Source of the DNA: Bacteroidales bacterium
Lineage (GTDB): Bacteria; Bacteroidota; Bacteroidia; Bacteroidales; VadinHA17
Assembly: GCA_003141895.1 (NCBI GenBank)
Contig: PLNT01000018.1
Span: 85,647-149,646, forward strand
Direction of reading: 5' to 3'
DNA: 64,000 nt
The notes under the pieces were generated by a model. The model saw only the letters and a program-made list of their open reading frames with translations. It did not search any database and was not told the origin of the DNA. Of this stretch, positions 20,144 to 28,469 are shown piece by piece. A program made the translations under genes and the position numbers. Position 1 is the first letter of the stretch, and every line of letters begins with the position of its first letter.

Positions 20144-21811
20144 TTACTTATACGAATCAATATGCACATTCTTTACAGACCTGCCTGAGGGATCATTCAG
20201 GTTTTTAAAAGATGCATCCCAGGCAATTGCTTCAGGAGTGCTGCATGCCACTGACGGTACTGATGGTACACATAATGCTGCAGAATCGGAAGGGAAATGC
20301 TCCGTAAAAATACACCTGTAGAAATATTCTTCCTTCGACATCGGAGGATTTATCGGGAAGCGATACTTTGCATTTGCAAGCTGATCATCAGTCACTTCAT
20401 GTGAGGTAAGTTCCTTCAGCGAATCGATCCAGTTGTAGCCGACTCCATCTGAGAACTGCTCTTTTTGTCTCCATGCGACACTTGCAGGAAGGTAATCTTC
20501 GAAAGCTTTTCTAAGTACCCATTTTTCAATACGATCCTTATTAATCATCTTATCCTTTGGATTCAGACGCATCGCTACATCCATAAATTCCTTATCGAGA
20601 AAAGGAACACGACCTTCAACACCCCATGCAGCCAGAGATTTGTTTGCACGCAGACAATCATATAAATGGAGTTTGCTGATTTTCCTTACAGTTTCTTCAT
20701 GTAAAGCTTCAGGAGATGGGGCTTTGTGGAAATATAGATATCCTCCAAAAATTTCATCAGCACCTTCCCCGGAGAGAACCATCTTTACTCCCATCGATTT
20801 GATCACTCTTGCGAGGAGATACATCGGTGTTGAAGCTCTGATAGTTGTGACATCATATGTTTCAATGTGGTAAATAACATCTCTTAATGCATCCAGACCT
20901 TCCTGTACCGTAAAGTTAATTTCATGATGAATGGTACCAATATGCTGAGCTACTTTTCGTGCTGCAGCAAGATCAGGAGAGCCTTCCAGTCCTACAGCAA
21001 ATGAGTGCAATTGCGGCCACCATGCCTCACTTTTGTCCTGAGACTCAATTCTCTTTGGTGCAAATTTCTTTGCTATTGCTGATACAACTGATGAATCAAG
21101 TCCCCCTGAGAGAAGAACACCGTAGGGAACATCCGACATAAGCTGACGGTGTACAGACGCTTCAAGAGCTTCCCTGAGATCTTCAATGCTGGTCTCATTA
21201 TTTTTAACCGCTGAATAGTCCATCCAATCGCGTTTATACCATTTTGTCATAACCCCCTCTTTGCTATAGAGATAATGACCAGGTAAAAACTCCTGAATCT
21301 TATTGCAGATTCCTTCAAGCGCCTTCAACTCGGAAGCTACATAGAAATTTCCAAATGAATCCCATCCAATGTAAAGAGGTATTATTCCAATATGATCACG
21401 CGCAATGAAATAACAATCTTTCACTCTGTCATATAAAGCGAAAGCAAAAATTCCATTTAATTCTTCAATAAAAGCCGGACCTTTATCCCGGTAAAGAGGA
21501 AGTATCACCTCACAATCAGAGTGTGTCTGAAACTCATAAGTTTTTTCGTACCGCTTTCTTATTTCCTGGTGATTATATATCTCCCCGTTCACAGTGAGGA
21601 TAAGGTTGCAGTCCTTACTGTATAATGGCTGTTTACCCGACTGAGGATCAACAATCGACAGACGTTCATGAGCAAGAATTGCTTTCTCACAATAAAATAT
21701 TCCTGACCAGTCCGGTCCACGATGCCTTACCTTCTTAGACATTTTCAGAACAGTGGATCTCAATTCCATGTGATTGACTTTCAAATCAAAAACCCCAATA
21801 ATTCCACACAT
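20144..21811 (-). CDS. asnB: asparagine synthase (glutamine-hydrolysing)
   Basis: N-terminal MCGI nucleophile and PP-loop LLSGGLDSS. 555 aa. Confidence 0.9.
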   Translation of the reverse strand: MCGIIGVFDLKVNHMELRSTVLKMSKKVRHRGPDWSGIFYCEKAILAHERLSIVDPQSGKQPLYSKDCNLILTVNGEIYNHQEIRKRYEKTYEFQTHSDCEVILPLYRDKGPAFIEELNGIFAFALYDRVKDCYFIARDHIGIIPLYIGWDSFGNFYVASELKALEGICNKIQEFLPGHYLYSKEGVMTKWYKRDWMDYSAVKNNETSIEDLREALEASVHRQLMSDVPYGVLLSGGLDSSVVSAIAKKFAPKRIESQDKSEAWWPQLHSFAVGLEGSPDLAAARKVAQHIGTIHHEINFTVQEGLDALRDVIYHIETYDVTTIRASTPMYLLARVIKSMGVKMVLSGEGADEIFGGYLYFHKAPSPEALHEETVRKISKLHLYDCLRANKSLAAWGVEGRVPFLDKEFMDVAMRLNPKDKMINKDRIEKWVLRKAFEDYLPASVAWRQKEQFSDGVGYNWIDSLKELTSHEVTDDQLANAKYRFPINPPMSKEEYFYRCIFTEHFPSDSAALCVPSVPSVACSTPEAIAWDASFKNLNDPSGRSVKNVHIDSYK

Positions 21812-22310
21812 ATAAATCAGTATATCAGTTTAATATTTTCTAAAACCAGGATTACAAAGCTAGTACTATTTTTAATACTACAAATCATATTGATATTTAA
21901 TTTGGTAAAATACAGATATTAATTAAGTAAATATATAGAATAGGTAAATATTATATATCTAATAGCTATATTTAATAAATATTATTAACATGACAAAAAT
22001 CATATTATAAATGCCTTTTTAACAATTATTAATACTAATGAGCAGCATTATACAATTGAAGTCCGCAAATTCATGATAATTTTGCGCAAGAATTTAAAAC
22101 ATTAATAGAATGAAATATATTTAAACATCTATCTCCTTAATATTATGTTGGTTACAATTAGTGAACAAAAATAAGTGTATGACACAACAATATTAAAAAA
22201 TGTATTTCTTTGTCATAATTATGTAATTCTCCGTTTTATAGAAATGTCTGCGATAATATTGAAAAGATCGACCGGCAAAATGAATTTGTCTTTTAATAAC
22301 GTAGGTGCTC

Positions 22311-23762
22311 ATGTTGCCTGATAAGAAAAATATAATCTTCATATTTCTGATTATTACAGTTTTTGGAACAGTTTTCCTATGGTGGATATTTAAGAATCAG
22401 CCACTTCCGTTAACCGAAAGGATCCCTGGCATGGATGGACGCCCCGCTATGAAAGCCCGATCTGATACTGTGAATATAGGAGAATTCTTTGATACACTTT
22501 CAGCGATGGATGCATTACTACCAGGTGACTGGCCACGTTTCAGAGGTGTTGATTTTGATAATATTAATAAAGACACTACACCCTTATCAGAAAAATGGGA
22601 TACAGCAGGACCAGCTATAATCTGGCAGGCAACCCTTGGCGAAGGATACGCCGGACCGGCAGTACATAACGGAAGAGTATATCTTCTTGATTATAATGAA
22701 AGGAAGAAAGCCGATGCTCTAAGGTGTTTTTCCCTTTCTTCAGGAAAAGAGCTATGGCGACGCTGGTATTATGTCGATCTAAAAAGAAATCATGGTTATT
22801 CAAGAACAATTCCGGCTGTAACAGATAAATACGTTGTTACAATGGGACCACGATCTCACGTAATGTGTGTCGACCCTGTCAGCGGCAAATTGTTGTGGTC
22901 TTTAGATCTTGAGAAAGAATTTGGTATCCCGGGGACAGAAAAAGGAAGAATCACACCCGATTTTTATACAGGACAATGCCCACTGATCGATAATGATGTG
23001 GCTGTTTTAGCACCCGGAGGAAAAGCATTGATGATAGGTGTCGATTGCGCGTCGGGTAAAATAATATGGCAGACTCCAAATACTGATTCCTTGAGGATGT
23101 CACACAATTCTATAATGCCTATGACAATTCAAGGGAAAAGAATGTATGTTTATAATGCAGTTGGCGGAGTAAGTGGTGTATCAGCTGAAAAATCCGATTT
23201 AGGTAAATTATTATGGCTGACTACTGACTGGAGTCCCGCAACAACTGCCGCTTCGCCGGTTTTTCTTGGAAATAACGAAATTGCAGTTTTTGGAAGCTAT
23301 GGTGCCGGGGGAGCAAGGATAATTATTAGTGAAGACGTGTCCGGGTTTAAAGCTACTGTCAAGGAACAGCATAAAGCAACAAACGGTCTCGCCAGCGATC
23401 AGCAAACTCCCGTGATAATTAAGGACTGCATATGGGCAGTCATGCCCGAAAATGCCGGCGCTCTTAAAAAGCAGCTGGTTTGCTATAAAAAATCGGACCT
23501 TTTAACTGAAGTCTGGTCAAGTGGCAAGGAAAACAGATTTGGTCGCGGACTTGGACCTTATATTGTGAGTGGTGATAAATTATATCTTCTGGATGATGAT
23601 GGAAATCTTTACTTTTATAAGATTCAGGATAATAAAGCGACATTGATATCGAGCCATAAAATATTGAAAGGAATTGAGGCTTGGGGTCCTATGGCCATCG
23701 CCGGTAAATATCTCATTATGAGGGATGCACGAAATTTGCTTTGTCTAAACATTGGTAAATGA
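22311..23762 (+). CDS. membrane-anchored PQQ-like (BamB-like) beta-propeller repeat protein
   Basis: N-terminal signal anchor (IIFIFLIITVFGTVFLWWIF). Propeller opens with the WPRFRG motif, followed by repeated G-K/E-x-L-W blades. A GTG start at 22305 is also possible. Confidence 0.7.
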   Translation: MLPDKKNIIFIFLIITVFGTVFLWWIFKNQPLPLTERIPGMDGRPAMKARSDTVNIGEFFDTLSAMDALLPGDWPRFRGVDFDNINKDTTPLSEKWDTAGPAIIWQATLGEGYAGPAVHNGRVYLLDYNERKKADALRCFSLSSGKELWRRWYYVDLKRNHGYSRTIPAVTDKYVVTMGPRSHVMCVDPVSGKLLWSLDLEKEFGIPGTEKGRITPDFYTGQCPLIDNDVAVLAPGGKALMIGVDCASGKIIWQTPNTDSLRMSHNSIMPMTIQGKRMYVYNAVGGVSGVSAEKSDLGKLLWLTTDWSPATTAASPVFLGNNEIAVFGSYGAGGARIIISEDVSGFKATVKEQHKATNGLASDQQTPVIIKDCIWAVMPENAGALKKQLVCYKKSDLLTEVWSSGKENRFGRGLGPYIVSGDKLYLLDDDGNLYFYKIQDNKATLISSHKILKGIEAWGPMAIAGKYLIMRDARNLLCLNIGK

Positions 23763-23769
23763 TCTGAGA

Positions 23770-24687
23770 ATGAATAAGAAAACAGTAACGGTTTTATCAG
23801 TTTTGGTCATTGTGGTTTTTATCGCATATATTGTATATGATGTATTTAAACCATCAGGAACAATTAATGACCCTAAAGCGAATGTTATTCCGGAAATAGC
23901 TGACGCCTGGAAGATTTCAAATGAATTGAAAGTAAATGAAGGAACACTCAAAGCAGTAACAGTATCACCTTTCGGGTTAATATATGTCGGAGGAGATTCT
24001 TTTTTATCGTGCTATGATAAAGAACTGAAACTTAAATGGAATGTAAAAACTCCAGCTTCTGTTACCTCACTTTCAAATTACGGTGATACTGTTTATGCAA
24101 CAACTCTCCAACAGATACTTGTAATGAACAGAGATGGCAAAATATTAAATGAATGGGGGCCTTTTGAAGATAGCAGTTTTATAACCTCGGTAAGCTCCAA
24201 TAAGAAATTTGTTGCATTTGCAGACGCGGGAAATAAAATGGTTTTCATTCTTGATAAAGGAGGTGAAGTAAAGAAAATGATTGGGCAGAATGACAAACAA
24301 TTTATCATTCCAAGTCCATATTTTGATCTGGCACTGGATAAAGAAAATAATCTTTTTACGGCGAATACCGGTCACCATCGGATTGAAACCAGGACGATTG
24401 ATGGTGCTGTAAAATCCTGGTTTGGGGAACCGGGGACTGCTCCGGAAAGGTTTGCAGGTTGCTGTGCTCCTCCTCATTTTGCACTTATTCCGCAGGGTTT
24501 TGTGACAGCTGAAAAAGGAATTAACAGGATTAAGATTCTCAACAAAAAGGGCGAATTTGTAGAGTTTGTAAATTCAAAGAATAGCTTTGTGAAATCAATT
24601 CCATTGGATGTGGCTTCAGCTGATGGAATTACAATTTATGCGGCAAACCCTGCGGATTCTAAATTGTATGTATTCAAAAGAAAATGA
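23770..24687 (+). CDS. membrane-anchored NHL-repeat-like six-bladed beta-propeller protein
   Basis: Signal anchor. NHL-like units (LFTANTGHHRIETRTIDG; INRIKILNKKGEF). Vicinal cysteines in FAGCCAPPHF. An alternative TTG at 23752 would overlap the upstream gene by 11 nt. Confidence 0.5.
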   Translation: MNKKTVTVLSVLVIVVFIAYIVYDVFKPSGTINDPKANVIPEIADAWKISNELKVNEGTLKAVTVSPFGLIYVGGDSFLSCYDKELKLKWNVKTPASVTSLSNYGDTVYATTLQQILVMNRDGKILNEWGPFEDSSFITSVSSNKKFVAFADAGNKMVFILDKGGEVKKMIGQNDKQFIIPSPYFDLALDKENNLFTANTGHHRIETRTIDGAVKSWFGEPGTAPERFAGCCAPPHFALIPQGFVTAEKGINRIKILNKKGEFVEFVNSKNSFVKSIPLDVASADGITIYAANPADSKLYVFKRK

Positions 24688-24771
24688 ATGAAGATTGCTT
24701 CGCTCCGCTCGCAATGACCGCAATTTTATTTAGGCAACAAATATTGATAATAGTTAAACGAGAAACCCAAA

Positions 24772-24939
24772 ATGACCAGAAGTGAATTAATAAAAAGACT
24801 TGGCAGATACATTCTGCTCATGCTGATTGCATTGATTGTCATTTCACTCGGGAAGAAAGTTACGGGTGCGAATGATTGCACAACCTGTGCCGGAAAAGGG
24901 ATTTGTAGCGGAAAGACTGACTGTAATAAGTATAAATAG
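24772..24939 (+). CDS. small Cys-rich single-TM membrane protein (55 aa), absent from the supplied ORF track
   Basis: Hand translation: MTRSELIKRLGRYILLMLIALIVISLGKKVTGANDCTTCAGKGICSGKTDCNKYK. Same strand as the flanking genes, and its stop lies 8 nt before the next start. TM helix followed by a Cx2Cx5Cx5C tail. Confidence 0.45.
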   Translation: MTRSELIKRLGRYILLMLIALIVISLGKKVTGANDCTTCAGKGICSGKTDCNKYK

Positions 24940-24947
24940 AAGAACAA

Positions 24948-25511
24948 GTGAAGGCGGATAAGAACAAATATCAATCCCGGAGGGACTTTGTCAAAACTGC
25001 TGGAAAGCTGATCATAGTTGCACCTTTGGTTATCATTCCTGTTTTTCTTGCAAAAAAAACTTCAGTAAAAGGATATGTCTGGCAGATTGATCCTCTTAAA
25101 TGCACTCAGTGTGGCCAATGCAAAACGAATTGTGTCCTCACTCCTTCCGCATCTAAGTGCGTTCATGCTTATCGGATGTGCGGTTATTGTGATCTGTGCG
25201 GCGGGTATCTTCGCCAGGGTGTAAAAACAATAAGCACAGGAGCAGAAAACCAGATGTGCCCGACCGGTGCGATAAAAAGAAAATTTGTCGAAGAACCTTA
25301 TTTTGAATATACAATCGACGAAAAGCTATGTGATGGCTGTGCAAAATGTGTTAAAGGATGCGGTGATTTTGGTAACGGTTCTTTGTATATGCAGATCAGA
25401 CATGACATCTGTGTGAACTGTAATGACTGCTCTATTGCACGTACATGCCCGTCAAATGCAATATCTCGCATTCCTGCAAGCATTGCGTACATTCCTAAAG
25501 ACAAAAGATGA
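24948..25511 (+). CDS. Tat-signal poly-[4Fe-4S] ferredoxin (NapG/MauM/NosG-like)
   Basis: Twin-arginine motif SRRDFVK followed by a hydrophobic region. Cys clusters CTQCGQCKTNC, CGYCDLCGG, CDGCAKCVKGC and CVNCNDCSIARTCP. GTG start. Confidence 0.75.
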   Translation: MKADKNKYQSRRDFVKTAGKLIIVAPLVIIPVFLAKKTSVKGYVWQIDPLKCTQCGQCKTNCVLTPSASKCVHAYRMCGYCDLCGGYLRQGVKTISTGAENQMCPTGAIKRKFVEEPYFEYTIDEKLCDGCAKCVKGCGDFGNGSLYMQIRHDICVNCNDCSIARTCPSNAISRIPASIAYIPKDKR

Positions 25512-26773
25512 AGAAAGCCCTTCCATATATATTATTACTTCTGCTTCTTTGCTGGCATATGGTTCTGTTTGCACAGGACAGATTTCCGAGACCTGAATTT
25601 GAGTCGGGACATGTTTACCCTACAAATCAGATGACAGCACCCAGAGCACAGGTATGGGAATATATCGATGTTTTGGTTCTGATTGCAGCATTAGCCGTTA
25701 CAACATGGCTGGCTCTGAAAAAACGTTCACGAAGGGGATTGATATGGATGTCGGTGTTCTCTCTCGCCTATTTTGGATTTTACAGGGAAGGTTGTATATG
25801 TTCTGTAGGATCGGTTCAAAATGTATCTCTTTCCTTATTCAATACCGGATATTCGATTCCTCTTACTGCTCTTCTTTTTTTCATTATCCCGCTCCTCTTT
25901 GCTCTGGCATACGGACGGGTGTTTTGCGCCGGAGTTTGTCCTCTTGGAGCAATACAGGAACTTACAGGTTTAAAGCCTGTTAAATTACCCAAAGCAGTTG
26001 AAGTAATACTTGCATTTGTTCCATTTATCTATCTTGGAATTGCCATCCTTTTTGCAGCTACAAACAGTCAGTTTATTATTTGCAGATATGATCCTTTTGT
26101 TGGCATTTTTAGACTGGATGCTCCATATACTATGATAATTTTTGGTGCATTGCTGCTTTTGTCCGGTATTTTTGTAAACAGGCCGTATTGCAGATTCCTG
26201 TGCCCTTATGGTGTACTGCTTAATCTTTTTTCAAGATTTGCAGGGAAGCATCTTACAATTACCCCTGCGGAATGCACCAATTGCAGACTCTGTGAAGAAG
26301 CTTGTCCTTATAATGCTATAATTCCTTCAAATACAGAACAAAAGTCTGAGGATCCTCAAAAATCAAGGAAACGATTTATAATCTATTTTCTTATGGTGCC
26401 GGTATTTGCAATTACAGGTGCTATTTTAATTTATAACCTCGCCCCTGCTGTATCGGGTGCAAATAGTACTGTGAGGCTGGCAAGAGAAATAAGGGCAGAA
26501 AAGAAAACAGGAATTGAAAGTGAATTAAAGAATGTTATTGCATTTAAGGAATCAGGAAAAACTGAGGAACAATTATATACAGAAGAGGAATCAATTATTG
26601 AACGTTTTAGAAAAGGTTCTCCATGGGTTGGGGCATTTCTTGGAATATCCTTCTCAATAGGATTGATATCTCTTACTATCAGAAGTAAACGAACAGAATA
26701 TAAACCGCATCAGGGTAAATGTTACAGTTGCGGCAGGTGTTTTAAATATTGTCCAATTAAAGTAAAGATTTAA
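25508..26773 (+). CDS. integral-membrane polyferredoxin (NapH/MauN/NosH/CcoG-like)
   Basis: Multiple TM helices. Two CX3CP motifs (CAGVCP, CRFLCP). Two CX2CX2CX3CP motifs (CTNCRLCEEACP, CYSCGRCFKYCP). ATGA overlap with the upstream gene. Confidence 0.8.
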   Translation: MKKALPYILLLLLLCWHMVLFAQDRFPRPEFESGHVYPTNQMTAPRAQVWEYIDVLVLIAALAVTTWLALKKRSRRGLIWMSVFSLAYFGFYREGCICSVGSVQNVSLSLFNTGYSIPLTALLFFIIPLLFALAYGRVFCAGVCPLGAIQELTGLKPVKLPKAVEVILAFVPFIYLGIAILFAATNSQFIICRYDPFVGIFRLDAPYTMIIFGALLLLSGIFVNRPYCRFLCPYGVLLNLFSRFAGKHLTITPAECTNCRLCEEACPYNAIIPSNTEQKSEDPQKSRKRFIIYFLMVPVFAITGAILIYNLAPAVSGANSTVRLAREIRAEKKTGIESELKNVIAFKESGKTEEQLYTEEESIIERFRKGSPWVGAFLGISFSIGLISLTIRSKRTEYKPHQGKCYSCGRCFKYCPIKVKI

Positions 26774-26774
26774 G

Positions 26775-28469
26775 ATGAAGATTAAATTTACTGAAAAGGA
26801 TATCAGTATTCTTAAGGTTGTCAGCCAGATATCAGGAGGATTTACACTTATTGTTGCACTGACGATGATCTTCAGTTTTGTACAGTTAAAAATAATGAAA
26901 CCTCTTGACAGTCCGATTCTGCTGTCAATTAAGGAACAATACGACAAGGATCCTTCAAATGGATCAAAAGCTGAGCAGATAAGGGCCATGGATCTGATGG
27001 CACGGAAAGCCTACTTCAGTTCAAGATGGCAGGTGGAAACAGGATCATATCTTCTTATAGCAGGGGTTATAATATTTATCTTAAGTCAGCGGCTTATATC
27101 CGAAAATGAAAAACTCTTTCCTGTTGTCTCAGATTCAAAACAAAACTCAACTTTCACCAGCGCAAAAAACAGAAAGTACCTGGTTACAGCAGTCCTTACA
27201 ATTATAGTTTTAGCGATTGCTTCATCAATACTTCTGCGTGCTTATCTTCCTGATATATCAAAAAATGCTAACGGATCAGCAAAGAATGCCGGAGCTGGAG
27301 ATGATAGAGCTATTAAACCGGATAAAACGAACTGGCCCTTCTTCCGGGGTCAGGACAGCAGGGGAATTGCCGGAGGATCAGGATATCCAACAGAATGGGA
27401 TGCCACATCGGGGAAAAATATAGGCTGGAAAATAGAACTACCGGGCAAAGGGAAAAGCTCTCCTGTCATTTGGGGTGATAAAATATTTATTACGGGTGCG
27501 AAGGATAAGATTTGTGAGATATATTGCATCGATAAAAATACAGGAAAATTCCTATGGAGCGGTTCTGCATCCGATATTCCCGGAGAACCGGCCGTGTTAC
27601 CAAAAACGGATGCCGAGGCTGGTCTTGCTGTTTCTACAGCTGCTACAAACGGGAAAGTCGTCTGCGCAGTGTTTTCTAATGGAAATCTCGTTTGTTTCGA
27701 TATGGATGGAAAACTGAAGTGGTCTGAAAATATTGGTGTCCCCGAGAATACATATGGATATTCATCTTCCCTTTTGATTTTTAAGGATAAGCTGATTCTT
27801 CAATTCGATAGCAACGCTAAAATATCCCTCAGAGGTTTTGATCTGGAAACAGGTAATCAGGCATGGGAAACCTTACGTAAAGGTCGGGCGGTATGGTCTT
27901 CTCCAGTAATTGGATACTTTAACGGAAAATCTGAAATAATAATAAATGGTAATCCTTATGTAAGTGGTTATGATGCTCTGACTGGAAGCGAACTCTGGGA
28001 GATGGAATGTATGAGCGGTGATGTTGCGCCATCAGTTGCTGTTAACAGTACTCTGGCGTATGCTGTGACAGATTATGCAAAACTTGCTGCAATTAAACCT
28101 GGAACCGTAGCTTCTATCCAGTGGGAGGATAATACCTATACACCCGATGTCTCAAGTCCTGTTGCTACAGATCAGTTCTTATTTGTATCTACCGGCAATG
28201 GGGACGTTGCCTGTTACAATGCGTTAAAAGGAGACACTCTATGGACGCATTATTTCCAGGATCCTTTTTATGCATCACCTGTTATAGCAGATGATATGGT
28301 TTATCTGCTAGACAGAACCGGTAAAATGCACGTTGTAAAAGCAGGAATCCCTTTCAGCCTGGTTTCAAATTCTCCGCTTGGTGAAGGCGCCGATTGTTCT
28401 CCGGCTTTTTCTGATAAGAAAATTTATATACGTGGAAAGAAAAATCTCTTTTGCATTTCGAAGAATTGA
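26775..28469 (+). CDS. PQQ-like beta-propeller repeat protein with about 3-TM N-terminal domain
   Basis: Three N-terminal hydrophobic spans, then the WPFFRG entry motif and BamB/PQQ_2-like blades. Starts 1 nt after the previous stop. Confidence 0.7.
   Translation: MKIKFTEKDISILKVVSQISGGFTLIVALTMIFSFVQLKIMKPLDSPILLSIKEQYDKDPSNGSKAEQIRAMDLMARKAYFSSRWQVETGSYLLIAGVIIFILSQRLISENEKLFPVVSDSKQNSTFTSAKNRKYLVTAVLTIIVLAIASSILLRAYLPDISKNANGSAKNAGAGDDRAIKPDKTNWPFFRGQDSRGIAGGSGYPTEWDATSGKNIGWKIELPGKGKSSPVIWGDKIFITGAKDKICEIYCIDKNTGKFLWSGSASDIPGEPAVLPKTDAEAGLAVSTAATNGKVVCAVFSNGNLVCFDMDGKLKWSENIGVPENTYGYSSSLLIFKDKLILQFDSNAKISLRGFDLETGNQAWETLRKGRAVWSSPVIGYFNGKSEIIINGNPYVSGYDALTGSELWEMECMSGDVAPSVAVNSTLAYAVTDYAKLAAIKPGTVASIQWEDNTYTPDVSSPVATDQFLFVSTGNGDVACYNALKGDTLWTHYFQDPFYASPVIADDMVYLLDRTGKMHVVKAGIPFSLVSNSPLGEGADCSPAFSDKKIYIRGKKNLFCISKN

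Noticed and set aside
21812-22310. Genomic-island or prophage boundary at the AT-rich spacers (21.8-22.3 kb and 57.9-58.6 kb).
   Set aside because: There is no integrase, transposase, tRNA target or direct-repeat att-like pair flanking the intervening DNA. The 77-nt repeats at 32.0 and 47.6 kb are structured dispersed elements rather than att sites.
24726-24974. 82-aa minus-strand ORF from the supplied track, lying between the NHL-like propeller and the Tat-ferredoxin genes.
   Set aside because: It is antisense to an otherwise uniformly plus-strand, tightly packed cluster. Its product is low-complexity and hydrophobic with no motif. The plus-strand 55-aa ORF (24772..24939) fits the operon spacing better.
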